A DNA stretch of 64,000 bases from a virus (Duplodnaviria > Caudoviricetes): the IMG/VR virus record IMGVR_UViG_3300012665_000509, positions 12,337-76,336 of that record; one strand, written 5' to 3'. Positions 47,490-57,401 of this stretch are shown here, in pieces. Below the pieces are notes generated by a model. The model saw nothing but the letters and a program-made list of their open reading frames with translations. It did not search any database and had not been told where the DNA came from. The position numbers were made by a program, and so were the translations under genes. Numbering within the stretch: the stretch's first letter is position 1; every line of letters starts with the position of its first letter.

Positions 47490-49048
47490 TATAAATCTGC
47501 CCTAGGTTTAAGTGCCTTTGATAGCGATTGGCGAATTGGTTCTCTATGGTTACATAAGCTAATAGTCCATGTACCAGTATACGGAATTTTTTGTTGTACG
47601 CTGTCAATGATAGGTAATGTAATAGTAAGTTTTCCAGCAGTATTTGTAAAAATACCAGAATGGTCAGCTACTGTGTATGCTATTTCAACGGTGTCTAATT
47701 TTAATACAAGATACAATGCTGTTTGATATGTGATATTAGTTGTAATAGTAAACGTATCTTTTTCTATCAGTACTGGGTCAGTAGCAACTGAATCATTATA
47801 AATGTAATCAGTATTATTAATAAATCCAGTCTTGAGAGTTTTTCTACTATTGTTGTTTGTCATTGACATGCGTACCGCATCTTCAATTTTAACCCAACGA
47901 GTTCCGTCAAATCTAAATAATCTGTTAGGCATAAAGTCAGTGCGCAAAAAGAAATCATTTGCCTCAGGTGCTTCTGGAAAGTGTATTCCAAAACCGAACA
48001 TACTCAATTCGCCGGCGGATGGTTCATATCCGTTAGATGGTTTGCCGTCTCCTACAAGATACCCAGTGTATCCTGTTCTAACAGGCACTGCTCTAGCTAA
48101 GTCAGCAGTATCACCTGTGTTACTAGCATCAAGCGTTGTAAGATCACTTGTTCTTTCTAAAATAGGTTTGCCGGTAGATGGATCAACTGCTAGTGTGTAA
48201 AATTGTCTAGTTTCATAGCCGCTCATAGGAGCGTCTTCTTCTGCTTGCTCTAAGACCTTATCATTAATTTCTAATTCTTTAGCACGAGTACTTAATAAGT
48301 TTTCAATACTGTTAGTGTAGACAGTAAAGTATGAAGTGTTAGGCGGCGCATTGCCGGTAGTGTTGGCTGTAACTGTAAACAGTTCTCCGTCTTTACGAAC
48401 AATTTGTCCAGTCACATAAGCAGTAGCTGGATTATAATCTCCAACAAATTTATCTAAATCAGCACCTGCTGGCGTTCTAAGTATGTCAGCAAATTGTTGG
48501 CTGTCAGTAATCTTTCTCATCTTTAATCTATAAAGATGCGGGAACCAAGTTGAGCTAAATCCTTCGCTAGCACGACCTACGTCTTCAATAACATAGTAAC
48601 GTGGTAGACTAATATCACCATCACCTAAGGCAAATTGATCAGTTAAGTGTGGTAGTTCAAGTACATCACCGCTAAGTGGCTTACGGCCAATAAATTTAAT
48701 AAAGTCATTAATGTGTACTGTCATGAACAACGTGTCGTTATCAATAAACAGACCAAACTGGCTTAGGTTAAAATCAATATTTTGTACGTTATACAAGCCA
48801 CGAATTTTATAAATTTCAGTATCGTATTTTCTGTCGCGATTTTCTAAAAATAACAAATCTTGAATGTTGGTAACATTGTACGAGTCAATAGTGGGCTGAT
48901 CATGCGTTCCGTTAGCGTTTAGCTTTGGGCCCATATATTTGTGGATATAAACGTCAGTTCCACCGGCCTGAAACATTTCAGAAATCTGTCGATCTATGAA
49001 TTTATAGTCTTGCCCACGTTCGGGTTTATATAGAGATAGTCTTGGCAT
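47489..49048 (-). CDS. gp14: Neck protein, T4 gp14-like, with C-terminal extensions
   Basis: DLLFLENRDRKYD, LSQFGLF, GDVLELPHL and WFPHLYR motifs. Start moved to the ATG at 49048 (MPRLSL), just downstream of a minus-strand TAAATA. Confidence 0.7.
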   Translation of the reverse strand: MPRLSLYKPERGQDYKFIDRQISEMFQAGGTDVYIHKYMGPKLNANGTHDQPTIDSYNVTNIQDLLFLENRDRKYDTEIYKIRGLYNVQNIDFNLSQFGLFIDNDTLFMTVHINDFIKFIGRKPLSGDVLELPHLTDQFALGDGDISLPRYYVIEDVGRASEGFSSTWFPHLYRLKMRKITDSQQFADILRTPAGADLDKFVGDYNPATAYVTGQIVRKDGELFTVTANTTGNAPPNTSYFTVYTNSIENLLSTRAKELEINDKVLEQAEEDAPMSGYETRQFYTLAVDPSTGKPILERTSDLTTLDASNTGDTADLARAVPVRTGYTGYLVGDGKPSNGYEPSAGELSMFGFGIHFPEAPEANDFFLRTDFMPNRLFRFDGTRWVKIEDAVRMSMTNNNSRKTLKTGFINNTDYIYNDSVATDPVLIEKDTFTITTNITYQTALYLVLKLDTVEIAYTVADHSGIFTNTAGKLTITLPIIDSVQQKIPYTGTWTISLCNHREPIRQSLSKALKPRADL

Positions 49049-49051
49049 ATG

Positions 49052-49073
49052 ATATTTATCGTAAGATAAATAT
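49052..49073. promoter_or_regulatory. Back-to-back divergent late promoters forming a 9-bp inverted repeat
   Basis: ATATTTATC-GTAA-GATAAATAT. Confidence 0.75.
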
Positions 49074-49089
49074 GAGTGGAGAGTAAAAC

Positions 49090-49857
49090 ATGGCAGATCC
49101 AACATCACTATTAGAACGCAATAAGGTATTTGACTACGTAAGAACTATGCTGGGTGACGGCATGGTTGAAGTAGAATTAGACCCTAAGCACTACGAAACA
49201 GCACTAGATCGTGCGATTACACGCTTTAGACAGCGTAGTAGTAATGCGGTAGAAGAAAGCTATATGTTTCTCGAATTAATTCAAGATACTAACGAGTATA
49301 GATTACCAGACGAAGTTGTTGAAGTACAAAGCATTTATCGTAGAGCAATCGGTAGTCGTAGCGGCAACGGCGCAGGCGGAACACTATTTGAGCCGTTTAA
49401 CTTGGCCTATACTAATACCTACTTGTTAAGCGGAACCATGATGGGCGGCCTAGCTACTTACGAATTGTTTGCTGGATATCAAAAATTGGTAGGTCGTATG
49501 TTTGGTAGTTTTATGGAATTTAAGTGGAAACCTACAAGCCACATATTAACTATACTACAACGCCCGTTTGCCCAAGGCGAACAAGTAATGCTTCGTTGCC
49601 ATAACTACCGCCCAGATTACGTATTGTTAACTGATATCTACGCAAAGCAATGGCTGTACGACTACACACTAGCAGTTTGTAAACTAATGCTAGGCGAAGC
49701 TCGTAGTAAGTTTGGTAGTATTGCTGGCCCAGGATCACCAATTACATTAAACGGTACAGCACTTCAAACCCAGGGTAAAGAAGAGATTGCCGCGCTAGAT
49801 AAAGAAATTGAAAACTTGGTTTCTGGCGGAAGCCCAATGACATTCGTTATTGGCTAA
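49090..49857 (+). CDS. gp13: Neck protein / head-tail adaptor, T4 gp13-like
   Basis: MLGDGMVEVELD, WLYDYTLAVCKLMLGEARSKF and ITLNGTAL motifs. Confidence 0.8.
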   Translation: MADPTSLLERNKVFDYVRTMLGDGMVEVELDPKHYETALDRAITRFRQRSSNAVEESYMFLELIQDTNEYRLPDEVVEVQSIYRRAIGSRSGNGAGGTLFEPFNLAYTNTYLLSGTMMGGLATYELFAGYQKLVGRMFGSFMEFKWKPTSHILTILQRPFAQGEQVMLRCHNYRPDYVLLTDIYAKQWLYDYTLAVCKLMLGEARSKFGSIAGPGSPITLNGTALQTQGKEEIAALDKEIENLVSGGSPMTFVIG

Positions 49858-49865
49858 CAAATTAT

Positions 49866-49894
49866 TTGACCTTGTAATAAAACTGTTATATACT
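49866..49894 (+). promoter_or_regulatory. Sigma70-type promoter for the dNMP kinase gene
   Basis: TTGACC (49866-49871), 17-nt spacer, TATACT (49889-49894), then an AGGAG RBS. Confidence 0.8.
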
Positions 49895-49916
49895 AGTAGT
49901 TCATTAGGAGACTACT

Positions 49917-50567
49917 ATGATTATTGGTGTATGCGGTTTTATTGGTTCTGGCAAAGATACTATTGCTGATTACCTAACTAACTTCCACGAATTTCGACGA
50001 GAAAGTTTCGCCAATACTCTTAAAGATGCTGTAGCCAATGTGTTTGGTTGGGACAGAACTATGCTAGAAGGCCGCACAAAACAAGCCCGCGAATGGCGTG
50101 AACAAGTAGATCCATGGTGGGCAGAACGCTTAAACATGCCTAACCTAACACCACGTTGGGTGCTACAATATTGGGGCACTGAAGTTTGTCGTCGAGGCTT
50201 TCACGATGATATTTGGATTGCGTCATTAGAAAACAAACTACGCAACAGCAAAGACGATGTAGTCATTTCAGACTGTCGTTTCCCCAACGAAATTAAATCA
50301 ATTAAAGCCGCAGGCGGCATTGTCGTACGTGTTGTCCGTGGTCCAGAACCTGAATGGTACGAAGATGCTATTAATGCTAACCGCGGAGAAGTTGGTAATT
50401 TTTCATGGTCCACTAGCCGTAGCAAACTTGAAAAAGCTGGTATTCATGCTAGCGAAACTGCTTGGGTTGGAACTAAGTTTGATGCGGTATTAGATAATAA
50501 TGGCAGTATAGACGACTTGTTTGCCCAAGTTAAAGGTCTGGTACAAGATCACCCTGCCGCCATTTAA
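49917..50567 (+). CDS. gp1: Deoxynucleoside monophosphate kinase, T4 gp1-like
   Basis: IIGVCGFIGSGKDT P-loop, SFANTLKD, PRWVLQYWGTEVCR and ISDCRFPNE. Confidence 0.9.
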   Translation: MIIGVCGFIGSGKDTIADYLTNFHEFRRESFANTLKDAVANVFGWDRTMLEGRTKQAREWREQVDPWWAERLNMPNLTPRWVLQYWGTEVCRRGFHDDIWIASLENKLRNSKDDVVISDCRFPNEIKSIKAAGGIVVRVVRGPEPEWYEDAINANRGEVGNFSWSTSRSKLEKAGIHASETAWVGTKFDAVLDNNGSIDDLFAQVKGLVQDHPAAI

Positions 50568-50865
50568 TACCTTCTTTGTGTAGCACACGCTGACAGTTAG
50601 CACAAACTGTTTTAAGATTACCGTGCTTACAATTATTTAAATCCCCGTCTATATGAAACACAGCATATACTTCGGGGTGTATGCTTTTAAATCCACACTT
50701 ATCACATTGCGGTTTTACTTTATAGCCTGCTCTTGACCATCGTGGTATTCCATAGTATAAACCGTGGGTTAAACACACTTCGCATAGCCTGCGATAGTAG
50801 GTTCTGCCGTTCTTTTTATAATTAACGGCAGCAGGACGTTGTCCGCAAGTACATAAAGGTCTCAT
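50530..50865 (-). CDS. Zn-finger / HNH-like protein
   Basis: CxC, CxxC and CxxC motifs, then FHIDGDLNN...NLKTVCANCQ...H. Start moved to the ATG at 50865, next to the minus-strand TAAATA at 50871-50876. Confidence 0.65.
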   Translation of the reverse strand: MRPLCTCGQRPAAVNYKKNGRTYYRRLCEVCLTHGLYYGIPRWSRAGYKVKPQCDKCGFKSIHPEVYAVFHIDGDLNNCKHGNLKTVCANCQRVLHKEGIKWRQGDLVPDL

Positions 50866-50970
50866 GTACGTATTTACACCTTTGCTACCCCTTTTCGTGG
50901 CGGTATTACAAGTATAAAAAGCCAAAAACCTATAAATACATGTAGAATTCGTATTCATGGAGATTACAAT

Positions 50971-53900
50971 ATGGCTCAATTAAGTTCACCAGGCGTAAGC
51001 GTAACGGTTATAGACGAATCGTTCTATACCCCAGCTGCACCCGGAACAGTCCCTTTAATTATCGTTGCTTCTGAAGAAAGCAAACAGAACGGTGCTGGTA
51101 CAGGTACTGCCGCTGGTACATTAAAAGCAAACGCAGGTCAAGTTTATTTACTAACAAGTCAGAAAGATTTGTCAGACACCTTTGGTACACCAGTATTTAA
51201 AACTGATGCTAACAACAACCCAATACACGCTGGAGAGCAAAACGAATACGGTTTACAAGCCGCATACAGCTTTCTAGGCGTAAGTAATCGTGCGTATGTT
51301 GTACGTGCTGATATTGATACTGCTCAATTAAATGCTTCAGCTACTGCTCCGGCAGGAAACCCGGAAGATGGTACATTTTGGTTTGACACAGCAAATACTA
51401 AGTTTGGTGTATTTGAATGGAACTCAGCTGATGCTGACGTAACCGGTGGTCAAACATTTATAAACAAAGTTCCTACAATCATTACAGATCCAACTAAGTT
51501 AGATGGTTATTCAAATGACGGTTCATACACTGGCATTAAAAATAACGTTGGCGCAGTTGGTAGCTATGCGATTGTAGCAGTTTCAACATTAAACAAATTA
51601 TGGTATAAAAAGCCAGCAACAAACACAGCGGCTCACGTATGGGTTGAAGTTGGTTCTGAAGCTTGGAAAGCAAGCTGGCCAACAGCACAAGGTACTAAAG
51701 CAGTTACTACATTAGATCCATCATTATCAATTACTATTAACGGTAGCATTGCGCTATCAGCTAGTTCATTAGGTGATGCTACAGGCGGTCTAGTTAAGGC
51801 AATTAACGATGCGGCAATTACTGGCGTTAAGGCTGCGAACATTGACGGACGTTTAAACTTATATTCAAACGGCACTGGCGCAAACAGCGGCAATATTGTA
51901 CTAACAGGTACATTGTTAACTGTATTAGGTTTTGCTCTTCCAGTATCTCCAGCAACGTCTGTAACATATAAATTACCAGCGTTGGCTATTTCAGCGCACA
52001 CAGCAGTTCCAGAATACAAGCGTTCAGATGCTCCTACTACAGTTAACGGTAGCGCAACAGGTTCTATCTGGATTAAAACAACTACTCCTAACTTAGGAGC
52101 AGATTGGATTGTTAAGAAATACAATGCGGCTTCAGCAGGTTGGTCTACTCAATTAGCACCAATTTATGCTAACAACGCTGCCGCTCTTAAGGGCATTGAC
52201 TCAGCAGGCGGCGGTATTAGCCTAGCAGTTGGCCAGTTGTATGTAAAATACAATGACGACGAAGGTGCTACACCAGAAGCAAACTTTAAGATCTATGCTC
52301 GTTCAGCAGTAGGCGCAACTGTTATTACTTCTAAAGTATTAGAAAATTCTACCTTTACAGGTACTGGTTTAGCACCAACTACTTATGAGTTTACTATTAG
52401 TGAAACTACAGCAGGTAGCGATGCGTTTAGTACACCAGTGAGCGTAGTGTTTACAGGCACTTCAAGTGCAGCTGACCGTGCTGGTTTGTTAACAGCAATC
52501 CAAGCGGCGCTACCGTCAAGCACTAACATCCGTGCTGAACTTAACAGCAGTAACAAGTTAGTATTAACGCACACACAAGGTGGCGACATTAGATTAGTTG
52601 ATGTACAAGCTGACCCGATTGCGTTAATATTCCCTGTATCAACCACAGCAAACTTAGTAGCAAACCCAACAGGTGTAGCTAAGAACTATGTTGCTACACT
52701 ATGGACTGCTACTGTAGCAGGTTCAGCAGTAGCAGTACCAAGCGCAAGTGCTCCAACAACAATAACAGCTAACGGCCGTTTATGGTATAACAGCATTGTT
52801 GACGAAGTGGACATTATGATCCACAACGGTACACACTGGGTTGGATATCAACACTTTACACAAAATCAAGTTGGCGGTGACGCAACTGATCCAAACGGTC
52901 CAATCGTTAGTGCTACTAAGCCAACAGTACAAAGTGATGGCACAGCATTAGCTAACGGTGACCTATGGATTGACTCAGGTGACACTGAAAATTATCCACA
53001 GATTTACAAGTACAACTACTTGACTAAGAAATGGATTTTAGTTGATTCTAGCGATCAAACAACTGAAAACGGTATTTTATTTGCTGATGCTCGTTGGGCA
53101 ACAAGCGGTACAACTGCTACTCCAAGTTTAATCGTAGATTTATTATCAAGCGATTTCTTAGACTTTGACGCTCCAGATCCAGCACTATATCCAAAAGGTA
53201 TGTTGCTATGGAACTTACGTAGAAGCGGTTTCAACGTTAAGAAATTTGTACGTGACTACGTTGACACACTTGCTAAAAACAAGCGTTATAACGGCGTTGA
53301 CGGTGTTGCTGGCGCAGTAGGCGACGGTAGCAGTATGTCTGGTTACTATCCACATCGTTGGGTTAGCGAAGCCGCTAATCAATCAAACGGTGCTGGAACA
53401 TTTGGTCGTCAAGCACAACGTAAAGTTGTTGTACAAGCGTTACAAGCTCTTGTTAACAGCAACCAACAAATCCGCGATGAAGAATCACGTATTTTCAACT
53501 TAATGGCTTGCCCAGGTTATCCAGAGTTAATTGGTGAACTAGTATCACTAAACTACGATCGCGGACTAACAGCGTTTGTAGTAGGCGACACACCAGCACG
53601 TTTAACACCAGATGCTACAAGTTTAAGCAACTGGGGTAACAACGTAAATGGCGCTTTAGAAGATAACGATAAAGGTTTAGTCAGCTTTGACGAATACTTA
53701 GGTTGTTTCTATCCATGGGGTTACACTAGTGACAACATTGGTAACAACGTAGTTGTTCCTCCAAGCCACATGATGCTACGCACTATTGCGTTAAGCGACA
53801 ATGTTTCTTACCCATGGTTTGCTCCAGCAGGTACACGCCGTGGCGGCATTACTAATGCTAGCGCAGTTGGATATGTTGATGCTGAAGGTGAATTCCGTTC

Positions 53901-54348
53901 AGTAGCACTAAACAACGGACAACGTGATACATTAGCTGGCATTAAAGTTAATCCATTAACATTCATTACAGGTACAGGACTAGTAAACTACGGACAATAC
54001 ACTCGTGCTAAGAACGCAAGTTCATTAGACAGAATTAACGTAGCACGTCTAGTAATTTACTTACGTCGTCAACTAACACAGTTATCTAAACCATATGTGT
54101 TTGAACCAAACGACAAGATTACACGTGATGAGATTAAGGGTGCAGCAGAAAGCCTAATGTTAGAATTAGTAGGCCAACGTGCTTTGTATGACTACATTGT
54201 AGTTTGTGATACAAGCAACAACACACCTGCGAGAATTGATCGTAGTGAACTATACTTAGACATCGCAATTGAACCAGTGAAAGCAGTGGAGTTTATTTAC
54301 ATTCCATTACGCTTGAAGAACACTGGCGAGATCAAAGGTCTAGCATAA
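50971..54348 (+). CDS. gp18: Contractile tail sheath protein, T4 gp18 family
   Basis: SPGVSVTVIDES start; PPSHMMLR, PWFAPAG.RRG, INVARLVIYLR, VFEPND and YLDIAIEPVKAVEFIYIP motifs; TATAAATA at 50931-50938. Confidence 0.95.
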   Translation: MAQLSSPGVSVTVIDESFYTPAAPGTVPLIIVASEESKQNGAGTGTAAGTLKANAGQVYLLTSQKDLSDTFGTPVFKTDANNNPIHAGEQNEYGLQAAYSFLGVSNRAYVVRADIDTAQLNASATAPAGNPEDGTFWFDTANTKFGVFEWNSADADVTGGQTFINKVPTIITDPTKLDGYSNDGSYTGIKNNVGAVGSYAIVAVSTLNKLWYKKPATNTAAHVWVEVGSEAWKASWPTAQGTKAVTTLDPSLSITINGSIALSASSLGDATGGLVKAINDAAITGVKAANIDGRLNLYSNGTGANSGNIVLTGTLLTVLGFALPVSPATSVTYKLPALAISAHTAVPEYKRSDAPTTVNGSATGSIWIKTTTPNLGADWIVKKYNAASAGWSTQLAPIYANNAAALKGIDSAGGGISLAVGQLYVKYNDDEGATPEANFKIYARSAVGATVITSKVLENSTFTGTGLAPTTYEFTISETTAGSDAFSTPVSVVFTGTSSAADRAGLLTAIQAALPSSTNIRAELNSSNKLVLTHTQGGDIRLVDVQADPIALIFPVSTTANLVANPTGVAKNYVATLWTATVAGSAVAVPSASAPTTITANGRLWYNSIVDEVDIMIHNGTHWVGYQHFTQNQVGGDATDPNGPIVSATKPTVQSDGTALANGDLWIDSGDTENYPQIYKYNYLTKKWILVDSSDQTTENGILFADARWATSGTTATPSLIVDLLSSDFLDFDAPDPALYPKGMLLWNLRRSGFNVKKFVRDYVDTLAKNKRYNGVDGVAGAVGDGSSMSGYYPHRWVSEAANQSNGAGTFGRQAQRKVVVQALQALVNSNQQIRDEESRIFNLMACPGYPELIGELVSLNYDRGLTAFVVGDTPARLTPDATSLSNWGNNVNGALEDNDKGLVSFDEYLGCFYPWGYTSDNIGNNVVVPPSHMMLRTIALSDNVSYPWFAPAGTRRGGITNASAVGYVDAEGEFRSVALNNGQRDTLAGIKVNPLTFITGTGLVNYGQYTRAKNASSLDRINVARLVIYLRRQLTQLSKPYVFEPNDKITRDEIKGAAESLMLELVGQRALYDYIVVCDTSNNTPARIDRSELYLDIAIEPVKAVEFIYIPLRLKNTGEIKGLA

Positions 54349-54367
54349 TATAAACGGAGCATAACAA

Positions 54368-54994
54368 ATGGCAATCGCATCATTATCAAAATTTACAGTA
54401 CCTTTAGCTAGCGATCAATCAGCTAGCTCACAAGGTATGTTGATGCCAAAATTAAAATATCGCTTTAGAGTGATGTTTGAAAACTTTGGCGTATCAACTC
54501 CTACAACTGAATTGACTAAGCAAGTAAGCGAAGCGGCTCGTCCTAACGTTCAATTTGACGATCAAACAATTCAAGTTTACAACTCAACGATTCACTACGC
54601 TGGACGTCCTAAGTGGAACACATTTACTGTGAAACTACGTGATGACGTTACAGGTGCTGTGTCTAAATTAGTTGGTGAACAGCTACAGAAACAATACGAC
54701 TTCTTTGAACAAAGTAGCGCGGCTTCCGGCGGTGACTACAAGTTCTTAATGCGTGTTGAAATGTTAGACGGTGGTAACGGTGCTAACACACCAAACGTTC
54801 TTGAAACATGGGAATGTTATGGTTGCTACATTACACAATCTAACTACAACACATTAGGTTACGGCGGTCAGGAAATGTTAACAATTGACTTAACAATTCA
54901 ACCAGACAACTGTATTCAAACTAGTGGTGGTGCTGCAGCTCCAACAGGTAGAGCAACAGGTACAGCGGCTACTGGCGCAGGTAACAGAGTTTAA
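54368..54994 (+). CDS. gp19: Tail tube protein, T4 gp19 family
   Basis: LMPKLKYRFRV, YAGRPKW and LETWECYGC motifs; directly after the sheath gene. Confidence 0.85.
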   Translation: MAIASLSKFTVPLASDQSASSQGMLMPKLKYRFRVMFENFGVSTPTTELTKQVSEAARPNVQFDDQTIQVYNSTIHYAGRPKWNTFTVKLRDDVTGAVSKLVGEQLQKQYDFFEQSSAASGGDYKFLMRVEMLDGGNGANTPNVLETWECYGCYITQSNYNTLGYGGQEMLTIDLTIQPDNCIQTSGGAAAPTGRATGTAATGAGNRV

Positions 54995-55001
54995 TAAAAT
55001 T

Positions 55002-55024
55002 GCCCGTGTAATGCGGGCTTTTTT
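55002..55024 (+). terminator. Rho-independent terminator after the tube gene
   Basis: GCCCG-TGTAATG-CGGGC followed by TTTTTT. Confidence 0.75.
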
Positions 55025-55071
55025 ATAGCTGTTCATTATATACGTAGTTTATTTTTTAACTAAATATTTGT

Positions 55072-56082
55072 ATGGCATTCACACCTACCAATCAGTTATC
55101 TAATACTTCTAGCATCTTACAGCGTGATTATCAACACGCGGCAAGACTGTTCACCGACGACCAGTTTAGATTAGCCCCTAAACACAAATTTCTTTTTGCG
55201 GTACAATTTACATTGAACAAAGCCGCACTAAAAAACGTAGAACTAGTTGATCGTCACGGATACGAAATAGGCATGTTAGTTAAATCTGTTGACTTGCCAA
55301 ACTTTACTATTCAAACAGAAACGTTGAATCAGTATAATAGAAAGAAAAATGTTCAAATAACACACAAGTATAACCCATCAAACTTTACATTCCATGATGA
55401 TAACATGGGTCTTATAAACATGATGTGGCAAAACTATTACAACTATTACTATGCTGATCCAAGTAGTGCGGCTGACACAGTTGGTGGTTACAATCGCATT
55501 GCTATGAAAAATTCAGACTATATTAAAAATACCTACGGTTTAGATAATAATAGTTCTGTTCCTTTCTTTACTAACATTAAGATTTTTCAAATGGCACGTC
55601 ACGAGTTTGTTAGTTACACACTAGTCAATCCTATCATTGCTAGTTGGAACCATAATAAACTTGACTACTCTCAAGCTGGTACACACGATAATCAAATGAG
55701 TGTTGCTTATGAAGCCGTTGTTTACAATAGCGGACAAGTTGGCGGAGCAGGTGAAGGAGAGTCGTTCTTAACTACTTCACACTACGATCAAACACCAAGC
55801 CCACTTCAAGGCAAGGATACAGGCATATCACAAAGTCCTAGTTTTGCTAACAAGTCTACTAACTCAGTAGGTGAAAGTATTAGTAATAGAGTTGCGGCCG
55901 TGAACGCATATCAAAATTCTAAAGAACTAGCAACTTCTGCTCCTGGCAAAGGACTGTCTAGTATTATTAGTACTGCCGCACAAGGCTTTTCTGGAATTCA
56001 AGGTGTTAAGTTTCCGCAGTCTAATGCGCTTACTAAATCTAAAACTGTTGTAGCAACTGCTATTAATTTATTTAGGAAATAA
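55072..56082 (+). CDS. Tube-fold baseplate/tail-tube initiator protein (gp48/gp54-like)
   Basis: VKSVDLPNFTIQTETLNQYNRK...YNP..FTFHDD tube-like pattern. Confidence 0.65.
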   Translation: MAFTPTNQLSNTSSILQRDYQHAARLFTDDQFRLAPKHKFLFAVQFTLNKAALKNVELVDRHGYEIGMLVKSVDLPNFTIQTETLNQYNRKKNVQITHKYNPSNFTFHDDNMGLINMMWQNYYNYYYADPSSAADTVGGYNRIAMKNSDYIKNTYGLDNNSSVPFFTNIKIFQMARHEFVSYTLVNPIIASWNHNKLDYSQAGTHDNQMSVAYEAVVYNSGQVGGAGEGESFLTTSHYDQTPSPLQGKDTGISQSPSFANKSTNSVGESISNRVAAVNAYQNSKELATSAPGKGLSSIISTAAQGFSGIQGVKFPQSNALTKSKTVVATAINLFRK

Positions 56083-56084
56083 AA

Positions 56085-56450
56085 ATGTCAAACCTACCAT
56101 CAGAATCTAACCAAATTGGCAACGTAGAAGTTAAAAACTTCTTTGATAAATTCTTTGCTCACGAAGTTAGTTTTCCATCAAACCAAATTGACGCAGTTGT
56201 TGGTTTCTTTTTAAAACATGGCTTTGATCCTGAAAGCGCAAGAAGTACAGGCATTGTACTGTTAAATCAAGCTCGTGCTGACGAAGTTAACGTGTTTACG
56301 TTAATCGATACATTAAAGTCACTTACTGATGTACAACTTAGCCAAGTTGTTGCTCAGGTATTAAATGCTTACCGTGAGAAGGTTAGTTTACTAGGTTATA
56401 GAATCGCACCTTTAGTGGATACTTACGAATCTAGAAACATCCTAATATAA
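56085..56450 (+). CDS. Hypothetical protein
   Basis: 121 aa ORF in the operon. Confidence 0.55.
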   Translation: MSNLPSESNQIGNVEVKNFFDKFFAHEVSFPSNQIDAVVGFFLKHGFDPESARSTGIVLLNQARADEVNVFTLIDTLKSLTDVQLSQVVAQVLNAYREKVSLLGYRIAPLVDTYESRNILI

Positions 56451-56451
56451 C

Positions 56452-56886
56452 ATGGCTTCAAAATTTGCTCGTGGCAAATTCACCATGACAAACCCAGCAA
56501 AGTATGTGGGTACAAAAATTCCAGTATATCGTAGCAGTTGGGAATGGAGCTTTATGCGATTTTGTGACACTAATAAAAGTGTACAAAAATGGGCCAGTGA
56601 AGCTATTAGTATCCCCTATCGTGATCCATTAACTGGTAGACATACAATATATGTTCCTGATTTTTTTATTCAGTATTTGGATAAAAACAATCGTATGAAT
56701 GTAGAACTAATTGAAATAAAACCAGCAAGCCAGCAGATACTCGAGCGTGTAGGTAAGAACAAATATAATCAAGCACAATTTGTTAAGAATCAAGCCAAAT
56801 GGGGCGCCGCTAATTTATGGTGTAAGCAACAGGGCATTAAGTTTCGTATTCTTAATGAAAATGATTTATTCCACACCGGCAACTAG
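56452..56886 (+). CDS. gp4: Head completion nuclease, T4 gp4-like (PD-(D/E)xK fold)
   Basis: YRSSWE, WASE, IPYRDP, YVPDF and IEIKP motifs. Confidence 0.85.
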   Translation: MASKFARGKFTMTNPAKYVGTKIPVYRSSWEWSFMRFCDTNKSVQKWASEAISIPYRDPLTGRHTIYVPDFFIQYLDKNNRMNVELIEIKPASQQILERVGKNKYNQAQFVKNQAKWGAANLWCKQQGIKFRILNENDLFHTGN

Positions 56887-56900
56887 GCATAAGTAATATT

Positions 56901-57380
56901 ATGAAGAAACTTGAAGAAATCCTAAACTTGCCTGCTAGTAAAGACCTTATTAAAGCAGAAGAAAAGAAAAAGCAAAAAGCTGCCAAGCCAGAAGCCTTCT
57001 TACGAAGTATGGATGAATTTGATAAAATTTCAGCCGCTTTACCACAAGTTAAAGGACTAGGCGATATAGCTGATGAAGAGCTAGATTCTCTAGCACAGCG
57101 AGCAACTGATGCTTATGATGATTTAATGGACCTGGGCATGAATGTAGAAGCACGTTACTCAAGCAGAATCTTTGAAGTAGCGGGTGGCATGCTTAAAAAC
57201 GCCATTGATGCTAAAACAGCTAAGTTAGATAAAAAGTTAAAAATGATTGAGTTACAGCTTAAAAAAGCTAAACTTGACCAAGACGCAAACCAATCCGATG
57301 ACGGTATTAACATTAACGGCGACGGCTTTATTGTTACAGATCGCAATAGTTTGCTCGAGAAATTAAAGAATTTAAAATAA
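56901..57380 (+). CDS. Possible terminase small subunit
   Basis: 159 aa, helical and coiled-coil-like, near the terminase large subunit; assignment rests mainly on position. Confidence 0.4.
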   Translation: MKKLEEILNLPASKDLIKAEEKKKQKAAKPEAFLRSMDEFDKISAALPQVKGLGDIADEELDSLAQRATDAYDDLMDLGMNVEARYSSRIFEVAGGMLKNAIDAKTAKLDKKLKMIELQLKKAKLDQDANQSDDGININGDGFIVTDRNSLLEKLKNLK

Positions 57381-57401
57381 ATATAGTACTGGGATTAGAA
57401 C

